The notes beneath the pieces were generated by a model. That model saw only the letters and a list, made by a program, of their open reading frames with translations, did not search any database and was not told the origin of the DNA. From Marsupella aquatica (Eukaryota; Plantae; Marchantiophyta), in the NCBI GenBank assembly GCA_973895155.1, contig OZ316897.1, positions 12,585,375 to 12,649,374 on the forward strand: DNA of 64,000 nt. The letters are read 5' to 3'. A program made the translations under genes and the position numbers. This document shows, one piece after another, positions 49,307 to 63,000 of this stretch. Numbering within the stretch: the first letter of the stretch is position 1; each line of letters opens with the position of its first letter.

Positions 49307-52300
49307 CACTAGTACATTTTCAGCATTTTTCCGATGCTCTGATATCGCGAGAGCTCAGCCGTCCGATACTAAACAAATCGGAAATGCATCGGAATTGTCC
49401 GACTTCAATAGTAACGCAATTTGCCATTATTTTTGAATCGCATGTTAACCTTCCAATACAAATGTAAACGGTCCTTCCTTCCATTAGTTTTAGAATTGGA
49501 TGTCTTCCGATAAGATTAGTAACGGAAATGTATCGGACAAGTATCCGATAACTGTTAAGAGGGGTCCAATGCAGACTGAATCGGACAAGGTTTCGGAATT
49601 AAGGTAAGATGTTTCCGACAATTATGCGATGTTCATTGTATCGGATATGGTGTGGAAAATGAATACTCATAACTTTATTAAGAAATCTGGTCCCTTTCAT
49701 AGTAGAGGGAACATGAAATACAACAATGATACATACAAAATAAACATATGGAGGGGTCCTACGCGATTAATCCCAAGTTACACTAGCTAGCAAGGACCTC
49801 AAGGCTCGGGGTCCAAATCTTCAACTACAATCGCTCCTGGATGATGGATCGTGATCGTGGCATATAAGTCATGACAATGGACCACTCAGGATCATCGGGA
49901 TACGGAAGATAGAAGGCCTACTCAAGATGGTCGGGGAATGCAAATGGATTAGAGGTTCTCCAAGTTGAGCTAATGACACTATTTGCACCTGTCTTCAACC
50001 GTGTGAACCCACAAGCATCCTCTTTGCAAGTTCGGTTATGGCCAACAAGGTTCATCCAAAACCATTTGCACTTCAACAGCACCTCCTCCAAAGTGGTGTG
50101 TGCATGATAATGCACTGTCAATATCTCTTCAATCTTGCCATAGTGGGCCACTGTAGAGCGTATTGGATTCCTATCAGATGTGCTACTTTGTGAATCTTGG
50201 GTTAACCAACCCATGACCCCACAATCCTGTGTAGCTGCCCTCTTATCATCAAGCCGCTGCACACGAAAATGCCTTCCCTTTGACCACATGGCGGTCCGAG
50301 TTGTCACCGTGAGTAATGGTCCATGAACCAAGGTGCGAAGGCTGTCTGTAACCAAAGGGAAGTCTGACACGCTCTCCCCTTGCTCCAACAAGGCATCAAT
50401 CTCGGTCAACTTTGCCCTCATGTATGGGACAAACTTGGGGAAGATACGTGGCCGATGACTATTTGCCTTTTCCTCCTCATAAAAAGTTGTCCAATCTCCC
50501 GCAATCTCAGGCAAGTTATACAACATAAATGTAGTGACTTGAAGGCGCTCAGCTGAGCCCAAAAGTCGTTCTCCCTTTGCCCCTGTAAGACGGTCATCTT
50601 CAAAGTCTGCTTCCCTTGATGCCTCGTCTATCCACCCCCTTGGTGCACTGGGATCAAGTGTAGCTACAATGTTTGTACAATAAAACATGCTCTCTGCTCC
50701 AAGATGACGCTCAGCGATGCTACCTTCCACTCTCGCACGATTTGACACATATGACTTCATCACTCCCATAAACCGCTCTACCCAGTACATCCAACGACAA
50801 TGTACCGGCCCTGCAATGCCAACCTCACGCACTAGGTGTAGGGGGAAGTGAACTTGGCCATCAAAGAATGAAGGAGGGAGTGCCCTCTCCAACTTGCACA
50901 ATACCTCCACTCCAAACAGGTCCATAGCTGCAATCTCATCCTCATTCACCTCTTTTTGACACACCCACCTCAAGAGCTTACCTAATGACCACAGGGCATC
51001 ACAAAGATCCTCACTACCCAATCCAATGATGGCCACTGGAATGACATGTTGTAGTAGACGATGGTAATCATGGGTCTTCAAGAAAGCTGGCCAACGTGTA
51101 CAGTCTGGTCCCCCAAATGCCTTGCGCAGATTGGCCCCGTAGCCCGTAGGAAACCTCATTGACCCTATACGATTGCGGAACTCAATCCGCTCGCCTCTGG
51201 TCAATACCCAAGGAGGGTGAATAGTAAGGGGGCCATTAGGGGGATCCATAGATGGCCAAAAACCATGAGGACCATGCATCCCCATCTCCTCACAACTCTC
51301 TCTCCAGTTGTTGTCTTTCTCTCCATATAGATGGCGAATCAATGACCTCCCAACATTCCCCTCAATATGCATAGGGTCAAACAAATGGTTAATTGGCATC
51401 TCAGCCCAATATGGCAGCTTTGACATTAATGCAGACAAACGAGTCATGCCACACCGGGCCAATGGTAAGGGATCATCTGGGTCTGTCACTCTATCCCATA
51501 CCTCCTTCCAATAGCGTGGATCCCTTGGCACTGGTTGAGGGCGTGTGTCTGATTGGCCATCATCCGTGTCATATAAGAATGGGTCACGCCTCCATTCATG
51601 CTCTGGGGGGAGATACTTTGTGTGACCAATGTAAACTATCTTCCGTAGGGTGGTAGACTTAGGGCGTGCCACTCCCTCCAAATCAGGACCACAAGTTGGG
51701 CAGGCTCGGTATCCTGATGTCTGCAACCCAGAGATATATCCAAACCCTACAACACACAATCAATACATTAAACAATAGCCAGGCAAACTTTTATATATAA
51801 CATTATCCTATAGTGTATTATCTACCATAAAAAACCATGCATAATATTGGGGAAGGTATATTTTAACATACCAGGAAGATCATGTATGGTCCACATAACG
51901 ATGGCTTTTAATTTAAATTCATGAGGTAAACCACCCGTCAGCACTCGACCATCATAGTAATCCACTCCCCTCCATAGTTGTTGAAGCTCCTCCAACAATG
52001 GTTGCAAGTAAACATCAATCTTTTTTACTTGCTTGGGGCCTGGGATAATCATTGAGAGCAGCAAATGACCTTTCTTCATGGCCATCCATGGAGGGATGTT
52101 GTAATTTGTAAGGACTACTGGCCAAACTGAGTATGGTTGGGCCTTCCCGGCCAATGCAAAGGGGCTGATCCCATCTGATGCCAAACCTAGTCGTACATGA
52201 CGTGGGTCTGTCTTGAAGTCACCCCATCGGTCCTCCACAAACCTATTTGCAGGTGAGTCCACCATCATACGCATGGTCGGCCGATCTAAACTCATATCTG

Positions 52301-52545
52301 ACCGGTTCTTGGAATGCCACACCATATACTCAGCCAACTCTGCACATCGGTACTGGTGTCGTAATCTGGGGATAAGAGGAAAATACCTCATGACCTTCTG
52401 TGCTACTTTTCCAGTCAGCATGTCCTCTCGATACCTCGGTTGGTCACATGTAGGACATGTAGTGGCATCTTTGTGTTCCCCCCTGAACAGAACACAATCA
52501 TTCACACAAGCATGTATGACTTCGTATTTGAGGCCTATGGATTTC
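49307..52545 (-). mobile_element. CACTA (En/Spm) element 1, left TIR CACTAGTAC at 49307, interrupted by Copia at 52546
   Basis: The CACTA terminus abuts the minisatellite. There are subterminal TCCGAT/ATCGGA repeats (49330-49650) and a transposase gene inside. Confidence 0.85.
49918..52545 (-). pseudogene. TnpD-type CACTA transposase (Transposase_21 + DUF4218 + DUF4216-like), intron 51747-51871, N-terminus cut off by Copia insertion
   Basis: Motifs are HACVNDCVLFRG, RYFPLIPRL, RLGLASDG, YNIPPW, HDLPG, DPMHIEGNV, LKTHDYH, PPSFFD and RWMYWVERFM. A TAG at 49918 replaces the expected Gln in HLE*AFY. Confidence 0.9.
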
Positions 52546-52877
52546 TGTTAAGGATTGCTCTTAGTCTTGTGACTCATAGGTTACGGCACTTAGGCTAACC
52601 ACAGTTAGGATCTTAGCTGAGGTTAGATTAGTCGTGTGTAACCTTGTATATACAAGGGCTAGTGTAAGCCACTGGTGGGTGGTGCTTACTCATTGTAACA
52701 GAACAACAGGAGGAAGAGAGAGAGCATGTGTGTTCGTCTACTCTTGAAGTAAAGCTTGAGTGTTCGTGTGGACATAGCCTTGGAGAAGAGGTGAACCACG
52801 TAGAGATTGTGTCGACTACGTGTGCATGGAATGAGTCATGGTTGTATGGTCGTTGCGAATGACGTCTTAGTTCAACA
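52546..52877 (+). repeat. 5' LTR of Ty1/Copia retrotransposon (332 bp)
   Basis: The termini are TGTTAAG...TTCAACA, a TATA-like TATATA is inside, and the PBS follows immediately. Confidence 0.9.
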
Positions 52878-52879
52878 AT

Positions 52880-52891
52880 TGGTATCAGAGC
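52880..52891 (+). promoter_or_regulatory. Primer-binding site complementary to initiator tRNA-Met
   Basis: TGGTATCAGAGC lies 2 nt after the LTR end. Confidence 0.92.
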
Positions 52892-53745
52892 AAGCCTGGG
52901 AGGTGACGTTGAGGTGATCAAAATTTTCGTGACGTGTTGGTGACGGTTTTTCCAGCGGTTAGAGTTGGTGGATTTCACGGAGATCTATCGCATGGAACTT
53001 GGAGGTGTTGGGCTCAACGGATAGATCGGGGCAAGGGCTTTTCAACGGTGCAAAGAAATCTCTGAACGGAGTTCGTGGTGCGGAGGAATTGACGTTTCCG
53101 TCGTTCTGGATTTTTTGTGATTCGTGTTCGACGGTTTTCTTCGACGGTTCTTTTTGGGGGGAACTGAGATCGTTTTCCCGACGGTGTGAGCTTTGTGGTG
53201 CGCGAGGCGTCACAACCTTTAGCTCAAATCATAGATCGGGCAAAGCTGATCATTTCGGTAGCTGGTTTGCTATCGAGGGTGTAGTGAGTGCGATGTACCA
53301 AGCAAAAGAGCCGTTCTGAGTTTCTGACTGGCTATGGAGTCTTCTTTTGACTGAAGCGGGGTTTCTAGTCGTTGCGTTTGACTCAAAGGAAGAAACGGGA
53401 AGTGCAACGGCTCAACGGAGAGATCGCGGTGCAGTGGTCGTTTTGAGTCCAAGATTGACACTTGACGCGGAGTGAAGGAGTCATGACGGGAATTTTTTAC
53501 TCTGCTAGAGTTGCAAACGGTGCCGGTGCAATTCGGTAACATTTCCCGTCGACAACTAGTCTTTATCTGGTGTAAAGTGATAACGGCAGTGTGAGTAACC
53601 CAACAATTTTTATTTTTTATTTTTTGTGCACATTTTGCCTTAGAATAGGGCCTTTTTGGTGGTGTGTATACACACCCTCCCGACCCTTGCACCCCTGTCA
53701 ATACCCCGTTGGCGACCCCCTCCTCCTCCTCGCTAATACTCCCAT

Positions 53746-53912
53746 CGCGGACGTCCCGGCCGTCCCAGACGTCACGGCCGGCGCGGACGTCGCGGCCGTC
53801 CCGGACGTCGCAACCGGCGCGGACGTCACGGCCAGCGCGGATGTCGCAGCCGGCACGGACGTCCCAGCCATCCCGGCCGGCGCGGACTTCGCGGCCATCC
53901 CGGACGTCCTGG
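53746..53912. repeat. GC-rich 18-bp tandem repeat (CGCGGACGTCGCGGCCG.-like) x~9 in the Copia leader
   Basis: Periodic GGACGTC cores are visible. The translations are RTSRPS/RTSRPA repeats. Confidence 0.85.
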
Positions 53913-54634
53913 TCGTCGCAGCTCCATCCCTGCCCATTTTGACTCGGTTTTTGACTCCCCGACCCCCTGTGCACTGCCTGGCCCGTCACACGTATAGGCG
54001 ACGCGGATGCGCCTTTTTTAAGACAGTATTTTTGTGTTCTTAAACCCCCTTAGGCCCGGTTTTTTTTAATCCTTTCCAGGCTCCTCATTGGTTAAGCGGC
54101 ATCTCGGGCCCGGTGACCCACCAAATTAACCGCTTGGACAGGGGGAACAGCCCCCTGTGAGACCTGTTTCACAGTCCAAGGAATATTCCGAAAAAACAGA
54201 GAGCTGTTTTTCGGCCTTTAGTCGAAGATTCCAAGGTCCGAACGGTAACTTTTTCGGATCTTTTTTGGCGAGAACGTAGCCACTGAAGCTAGCAACGCGG
54301 TGCACCACTCGATTTCCATTTCCGACGACGGGTGGTACTTGGATATTTTCTTATTCCCCGAGGTGGTCAAAACGGGAGAGAATTTTTGAGTTTTACCCAC
54401 CCCGACCGAAATGTGAAAAAGTTTTTCGTCGGAACTCGGTTTCAATTTTGGATTTCAGCGTTGGCTTGCTAGGTTGGTGGGCTAAGTGGCGGTGATAAGT
54501 TTCAAGGTTTTTGGAAAGTTGCAAAAAACGACATTTTTTCATGATTTGGATTTGAGTCAACGCGAAGGAAGGAAGGAAAAAGCATATAGGGAGCAGCACA
54601 GCAATAGCACGTGGAGAACGTTGGGAGGACAACG

Positions 54635-55842
54635 ATGGCATCCAAGTTTGGAGGTGTCAAGTTTGAGGTGGAAAAATATGATGGGCGCACAGATTATTTG
54701 CTATGGGAGAAGCAGGTTAAGGGAATTCTTCGTGCTATGGGCCTAGATCATCTGCTATCGACTCGGGAGGAGTCTAGCAGTGAGGAGGAGATCCCGTTGA
54801 GGAAATGGAGGCAAGAGCAAGTGATTGCTGTGAATGCGGTTATGCTGTATCTGAAGCCGCATATCATTAAGAAGCTGGACGACTACGAGGATTGCGTATC
54901 CTTATTCAAGGCCCTCAGAGAGAAGTACTACCGAGAGGATGCCTCAGATCGGTTGTACAAGAAGTCTCTCTTGATGAGCTTGAGACTAAAAGAAGGAGGC
55001 AAGCTTCGAGATCACTTGGATGAATTCGACAGCCTAGCTATAGATTTGTCAAATCTTGGCAAGGGAGTGGAAGATGAAGATAAGGCATTGCTTCTTCTCA
55101 GTTCCTTACCCCCATCATATCAAGGTTTGAAGCAGGTTCTCTTGTATAGAGATCTCAAAATCATTTCATATGATGAGGTGGTAAGCTCTTTGTTGTCAGA
55201 TGATGCACAGAAGAAACTGGGTCATGCCCAGACACCATCTTCATCTGGCAGTGCATTGAATGTGAACCGCGGGAGGACTCAACAGCGGATGACTGGTGAA
55301 AACAGGTCCTTTTCACAAAAGTACCCCTCACGGAATAGAGGCAAGGAGAAGGCTCGGTCTAAGTCTAGATCCAGGTCTAGAGAGAAATCTCTAGAAAGGA
55401 AACCAATTATATGCTGGAAATGTAACAAGCCTGGCCACATGAAACGAGACTGTTGAGTCAAGCAGACTCATCAACCATCAGCGAACGCAGCCACTGATGT
55501 TGATATGATTGACTTGCTTGATGATGAAATCTTGTGAAGTCCAGATGTTGCCCTTTGCATTTCATCCAGTAACAACGGTGATGAATGGATTTTAGACTGT
55601 GCCTGTACCTATCATATTTGTTGTATGAAAGAGTTTTTTAGTTCTTACTCAGTATCAACCGGTTCCGTGTTGATGGGGAATGATCATCCTTGTCAAATTA
55701 TTGGAATTGGATCCGTGAAAATTCGGATGTTTGATGGAGCTGTGCGAACAGTGAGTAATGTCAGACACATACCTTACATGAAAAAGAACTTGATTTCTCT
55801 TGGAATGCTGGAAGCAAATGGATGTCGGTGGAGTTCTGCTAA
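54635..55842 (+). pseudogene. Copia gag (UBN2-type, CCHC knuckle) and start of pol (protease region)
   Basis: Motifs are VEKYDGRTDYLLW, LLLSSLPPSY, CWKCNKPGHMKRDC, WILDCACTYHIC, VLMGND and VRHIPYMKKNLISLG. In-frame TGA stops occur at 55454 and 55535. Confidence 0.9.
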
Positions 55843-56669
55843 CACTAGTAGAAACTGGGGGGTATTTAGACCCCATTAAACGACTATTCAGTACCGTATA
55901 GGACTTGGAAACGACTGGGAAGGACTCCAGTCCTTTATAGGACTGCGAGTCGTATGTTTTGTTACTATAATCAAATGAGTCCTTTATAGAACTGGTTTAT
56001 AAGTCGTTTAATAGACTGGATTTTCAGTCTATTTTAGTCTTTGTGTGGGTAGCTTTGGTGAGTCGTTTTCAGTCTTTTATGGGCTGAGATGGTGAATCGT
56101 TGGGAACGACTAAAAAGGTTATGGAGGGTAGTCTTTAAATATACTTTGTGGGGTATGTATAAGTCTTTCATGTCAACTGGATATGAGTGATGAAGACCCC
56201 ACTATACTACTTGGAATGAACCCACTCTTGTGCACAAATAACATATTGCATTCATGTTTTATTGTGTACTTGAATGAACTCACTCTATAAGTTCACCATT
56301 CATCATGTTAACATTAGAATACATAGTTTCAGAAAGCCATCTTCTATACCATGTACACTAATATGAATTCACAGATTCAAACTTCATAGACTACAAAGAA
56401 GGTCACAAAGTATTCCTCTATACCATACACACTAATACTGAAATGATACAAAACAGATTCAAGTATCATAGACAATCACCATAGAGCCATAGTTTGACAT
56501 CAATCAATTGTTTCATACATACAGAATTCAGAAATATCAATGTCACACACAACGGCTCCTTCATCCTCTTTACCAAATGGAAAAATTGGTACAGATATTT
56601 CTTGGATCTTTCCAAGGCAATGTCAAAATGTGACACAATTCACATGATTCTATCTACACTTGCATTCAG

Positions 56670-59600
56670 TCACTGCAGACTAACACACTCTGATGGCCAG
56701 AGCACAAGAGATCCTACTGCATCTGCAATTATTTCCTGAGGTGGATCATCGTCTCTATTCGGAAATGGCAAATTACAATCAGATACAATCACTGTAGTCA
56801 ACAACACTACTACATGGTCATCCGGGACCACTTTGCCATGGAATTTTGCATGATCCGGTCGCAAAATGCCTGTACCCACACATACCTGCGAGTCATCCTC
56901 CCATGATAGAAGATTATGGACTGGCTCTGCTGTGGCTATCACCTCCACCTTACCCTGGCTGTTTTTCTTGGCTTTCCTGGGTGGCTTATACATGACATTA
57001 TTCATACCTTGGTTGCGAGTCATGACTTTGGCACGAGTGTTTTGTGCTGGTGATCGAGAATTGGCTACACTCTTCTTCAAAGAATCTGCATCCATATTTG
57101 ACACTTCTGATTGTGTAGCAGGATTTCCCTGCGACATCATCTCAGTATCTGCCAACATTGTACTTGCTTCAATTGAAGCATCTACAATCTTACTTGCATC
57201 CAATGTTGCTCCCAAGTTTCGACGTCGCTTCACCCTGCTCCCACTTGGTTGAGAGTCTGTCAACTCTGCATCAACTACAATTCAGTGTCATGTCCAACAT
57301 AAGTGAATCACTCATCACATGTGCTAAATGTACATGTCACCAACCACAAAGTTGTCACTATCTCCTTACCATTATGAACAGCCTTCTTCCCCTTCTTTGC
57401 CATTGCCATATGCTCCATGTTTGCTTCTGTTGATCAATAAACACACCACAATATTCACGTTGAATCTATTAACCACTGAATTGTTGCTCAACATTCATAT
57501 AGAGGAATTTAAAGCATCAGCTTACCTGATACCTCCTTGGCTATGGTCACTGAGGCACTGGGCACATCTTCTTCATTATTGCTCTTTGAATCACCTGATA
57601 CATCAATCATGATGTCACTTCAGATCCCAGTTCATCCAACCAGTTCTTACAGAAAAGATTACCTCCAACCGGCTTAAGCTTCACAAAACTCCATGCACTT
57701 TTCAAATGTAATGTACTGGATCATAGCAGGTTACCTGTCTCAGCAACCTTCTTGCCCTTCTGCTTACTGATTACAGGGTCCTTCTCTGCCTCCACTCTTC
57801 CTGCATTCAAACCATTCACTCAATTCATGAAAACTTACTTCTAACATTTGAACATAGGACACAATGAACAATGGGCCGGTGTCATTTCCATACCTGTGTC
57901 AGATTTGCCAATTCCCTTTTTTGTTAACAAGGGCACACTTTGTACAATGTTGCCCTCATTGTTTGGTTGGGAACCACCCAATTTTTCAATCACAAGCTTG
58001 AAATTAGATTCCACTGATGCAAGAAGGTTGGCTACAGATGCCTCCACAATATCCAAACGATCAGCCAATTTACTTTCCACTTGAGGGAGTCCACACTCTA
58101 ATGACTTCAACCGTTCACACATCTCTGTGAGAGTTGTAACAGTTCCCTGTCATAACACAGCTTACATATCTCAGATAATTGTCCCCAAGAACTGGTTGCT
58201 TACTTCCTACTACATTTCTTTCTAATGCTCAAGGCCAAATAGTCACAGAACATACAGAATTACAACATAATCACCTGTTTGGAAGTTACACTTGTCACCT
58301 CACTCCTTTGTTTCATGAACTCCTCTCTCACTTCTTGTGCTGATGGTTCTTCACCTGTCAATTTCTTCTGCAGTCCACATCAACATACATATGAATGAAA
58401 CCAAGTGTTGATTGTCAATGAAAATGTAATAATGGTAGCAAGATGATAAGTTTGAGGCTTACTATCAGGCATGTCACTGCCTTACCAATTGTTCTTTCAC
58501 TGGAGCATAACTTCCTCTCCCAGCCTGTGAAAGGTGTTTCACTTTGCCTCGAGCATTTGACATCAGTTCACTCTTGCTCTGTCCAGCCTCCGACATGAAC
58601 CCTTTGATTAACCGTGTCCATTGATCCAGTTCCAATGATGGGGGTGGTGGCATTCTCCTGTTAGAACCATTGTCTATCCACATCCTTTTCAACCTATGCC
58701 TCTCTTGTTTCAAAATCCTCATTGCATAATCTGATATGCAATCTTCAACTGGGCCCTTACCATCATTACCAACATACTCCCACCGTTCAAGAATGTCCTT
58801 GCAGATAGCAGCCCAATCAGCTTTGTTCTGACTCCTAAACTCTGTAATGCTCAAATCTAACCAACGCAATACTTCTCCTCTTAGGTCAGAATGCCAACGG
58901 TTCTTACCATCACATGTGGGAGTTATCCAACCTTTGGAATTCACTTCTACTTTACCAAATTTGTTACTGTCTCCTGCCTTGGTACTCCCTGAAGCGCTAC
59001 TAGGTGTCCCTCCACGGCCTGGTGTCCCCCCACGGCCTGGGGTCCCTCCACGGCCTGATCTCCCCCCACGGCCTGGATTGCATTGTCCAAACCTCCCTGG
59101 AGTCCCTGCACATTTACAGGATCCATTTACAGTCACTTACATTAGGTAAGTATGAATCATAAATCCCGCTGCCAAATATACAGTGGACTTCAGAGCAATT
59201 CTGCAATGACCAAGTTACCTCTCCCTTGGCGCATAGATGGTTTTGGACCACCTGTCCTATTGCTTTGTCTTGATGAATTAGGGGCGTTTCTCCCGCCTGT
59301 GAATGATTGCCTCCTATCTGAACGTGGATGGCCTTTGTTGTTTTCGTGATTGTCCCAATCAGAGTCTGCATACCAACAGGTACATGCCACACTCATGGAC
59401 CTGTAAGATAAACTCTTTGCCCTAGCTACACATCAGATAAGTGCATATTGAGCTAAATCTCTACTACCATCACAAAATCACTAGCACAAGGCACTTACTT
59501 GTCCAATCATCCTCCTCACCTTTCCATTGCCCTCTGTACCCGTCTCTACCACGCTCTGGGTGTTCATATTCATCCCATCCATCTTCTGCTCCATCATAGT

Positions 59601-59848
59601 CATCATCATAATTATCAGGCGTCCCTTGCCAATAACTCTGGCTCCTTCTAGGGTATGGATTATGTGATTTCTCTCTAGCTGCCCACCTACCTGGGACTTG
59701 ATGAGGGCCTTGTGCATCTTGCACAGGTGCATTTTTCTGTGAGCCCCCTGCATCTGGGTCTCCATCCATATCCAATCTTTCCTCTTCACCCCACTCTCCA
59801 AGCCCCATGTCTGTCTCCATGTCATCACCGTCTTCCCCCATAGCTTCT
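56670..59848 (-). CDS. Multi-exon TnpA/Ptta-like CACTA accessory protein (exon structure only partly resolved)
   Basis: QWTRLIKGFMSEAGQSKSELMSNARGKVKHLSQAGRGSYA is Transposase_24-like. FHGKVVPDDHVVV...LPFPN...ADAVGSLVLWP is like the Tnp1/En-Spm C-terminal domain. GRGGTP repeats and several GT-AG boundaries are present. Confidence 0.75.
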
Positions 59849-60018
59849 GCACAGCACCCACAACCAAACAGGGAGAATCAGCACACTAAATTCAAAGTAT
59901 CAATCAATTTCATGCATATCCAACTATCCTAAACATCATTCCAGGCAACAATTCCCGTTCTATGACTCTGTGCAGGTAGTCATCCTCAACCTCATACTTG
60001 CCAATCGCCAGCTGTTGC

Positions 60019-63000
60019 CTATTGCAAATCATCAACCTCATCATATTCCATTTGCCCAGGTTCATCATATGTCTCTCTCAATGTTAAGGGGATGTAGTCA
60101 GTCCCTGCCTGAGTTGGAAGTACAGTCTCATGACTAGGATGCTCGAATGCAGCATGGTCATCCAAACTGAACTCTACTTTACTTCCATCCATCCGCCTGT
60201 TCCGTGCTTGGCTATGGCATACCACCCTCCAGCCATGTGACTCCTCCACATCTGCAAAGAAAGCCTGTTCAACTTGGCTAGGGAAAACAAAAGGCTCAGA
60301 CCATTCTGGTACTCTGGACCTAAAATTGGCCAACAAGAACCCATCATGATCACGCTTCATGGTGGCCCTTGGTCTCTGCCACTCTGATTTCACCCATGAT
60401 CCCTTCATCAATATCACTGGGACACTTGTGTTACCATAATTCAACACCCAAATGTCGGTCAACTCCCCCACGTAACCCATCTTCATCCACCCCCTCTGTT
60501 CTTCAGAGGTTCTCTGCTCAAACACAGAAATCAAACCACAATCATATGATACACAATGATCACCCTGCTCATCCCTCACTCGATAATGATTTCCATAAGC
60601 TCTCATCCGTTTGTAGGTCAGAATAGACAATCGTGGTGGCACAGATAGAAGATACAAATCCTTCTCCATATCTGGGTGATGTCTACTATGCTCTCGAATT
60701 GTCACCCGAATCCACTGCTCGAACTGTGGGAAGGGATCCTGCTGCCCAGAGTGTGCAGCTTTTTGCATATCATATTCCCTGCAATATGAGGTACAGGCAT
60801 AGTTGGTCTAAACAACACATGACAACCTAAGATCACCCTTGGAACAGACAAGAAGCATCACAACAAAGGCAAGTCAATTCAATCACTCACCTCCACCATG
60901 GTTGCATAGGCTCTGTGTTTGCCAGCACATATGAATGAGCCTTGTCTCGAATCGCAACAGGCAGCTGAATAGCACGTCCCACACCTTCAACAACCTCGCC
61001 ACTCACTCCATCATCTTCACCAGATTTCCAAACTCTTGTCATAGCTTCACCAGACCCAGCCATGTACTCTGTTAGGAATCCCAACGTCTCATCCGTAATG
61101 TACCCCAATGCCATGGAAGCCTCTGGCCTGTAGTATGTTCTCACATGACCTTTCAACAACTTCATGTATCGCTCCATAGGGTACATCCATCTGGTACTGA
61201 CTGGCCCATACTGCCCTAGCTCTTCTACCACATGGATTAGGAGATGAGTCATAACATCAAAGAAAGCAGGGGGGAAGTATATCTCCAAGTCACAGAGGAC
61301 ATAAGCAGCATCCTGCTTCAACTGCTCCAATCCTTGGGGATCCCACACTTTCACACATATACGGCGAAATACATTGCACAGTCGAAGAATGACATTACGG
61401 ACTGGTTTCTGCATGAGACCTCTGAGGCATAGGGGCAGAATGTGCTGCATCAACACATGGTAGTCATGTGTTTTCATACTGCCAAGTTTATTCTTTGTAA
61501 TATGCTTCTTGAAGGCACCAGCATAGCCAGAGGGCACTTTCAGACAGCTCAATCTATACAAGAATGTCTTCCATTCATCCTGTGTGCACACATAGGGAGC
61601 TTGGAACTTGAGAAGTACATTGGGATTGCTTGCATGGGGCTTCAACCAAAGGTGAGGGCGAATCCCCTTCTGTTGCATATCAGCTCGAACTGCTCCTGTA
61701 TCTTTCTCACCCGACAAGAACTTCAGCAAGCTCTCACAAATATTTTTCTCAATGTGCATGACGTCCACATTGTGTTTGCTGGGCTCGAATTCCTGCACTC
61801 CACAAAGCAAAGAATTCAACAACAGAAACACTAATTAATCACATAGGAGGATTGTAACCAACATCAATCCACCATTGCTCCAATCTAAAATTGCAATCAT
61901 ACAGGGGCTGGAGGCTAAGTACATTACCCTCCAGTACTCCAACTCCAAGTCCATCAAGGTCTGTCTTTTCACACCGTGTTTCACCACTGGATCCTCAGGT
62001 TCTCGATCAATGGCACTTCTCTTGTCCCAATCAGCCTTCCTGGCTGCCCACCTCAGGACTTGCTCTCTGGTGACCCTCTGTGGTGGGCCACGAAGTTCTG
62101 TTTTGTTGTTGAAGTGTGCAATTTGAGACCGTGTGTGCCTGTAAGGATGATCAACAGGCAGATACCTTCTATGCCCCTGAAATTTCATACTGTGCAGGGC
62201 ATGCGACCACTCACTTGTCACATTTTTCCCACATGGTGTGCACCCCACATAGCCCTTTGTCACTCGTCCAGATATGATGCCATGGCCTGGGTAATCTGCT
62301 ATATCCAGCAAACAAATTGCATGCAGTCTAAAGGGGCTGGGTCGAAGAAGCCCCTTCAGAACATCATGGGTTAACACCCCTTCTATCCACAAAGTCTTCC
62401 ACTCTTCCACTGCTGGAGCCAACATGATATCTATGAATTGCTCGGTCACAGAAGCTGGTCCAGGGATTAACAGCACCATCATGACAAAAAACCTCTTTGT
62501 AGTCATCCATGGGGGAAGGTTGTAATTTAGCAGCGTAACCGGCCAACATGAATAACGGTTGTTTTTGTCTCCAAATGGGTTTACTCCATCCAGTGATAGA
62601 CCAAATCTAAAGTTCCGCTTCTCTGCAGCAAACTGTGGCCACCTCTCATCAACAAATTTCCAATGGTTGGAATCTCCAATGTGACGTTGCAGGCCATCAC
62701 TGCTCTTGTTATCAGGAGTCCATGTCATCAGCTTGGAAATGGCAGGGCATCTAAACAGACGTTGTAGTCTAGGAATGAGAGGAAAATGATGAAGAACCTT
62801 GGCAGGGTGTGTACATTTCCCTACATTCTTGTACCTGTGCTTACCACAATGAGGGCATGTCAATTTATCTGCATGCTCTTTGCGAAAGAGAACACACCCA
62901 TCAGGGCATGCGTCAATAGACACATAGTTCAGCCCAAGGTTAGACATCAGTTTCCTAGCCTCGTACATATTTTTTGGAATTGAATTACCATCTGGTAACA

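Larger units (their letters stand above)
52546..55842 (+). mobile_element. Ty1/Copia LTR retrotransposon 5' part, interrupted by CACTA element 2
   Basis: LTR, PBS, gag and protease-region coding sequence are present. The predicted 5-bp TSD is ATTTC (52541-45). Confidence 0.9.

Noticed and set aside
48797-49467. Plus-strand Pro/Ser/Leu-rich ORFs
   Set aside because: They are antisense shadows of the purine-rich minisatellite.
53270-54043. Overlapping ORFs with repetitive peptides on both strands
   Set aside because: They are a by-product of the 18-bp GC-rich tandem repeat.
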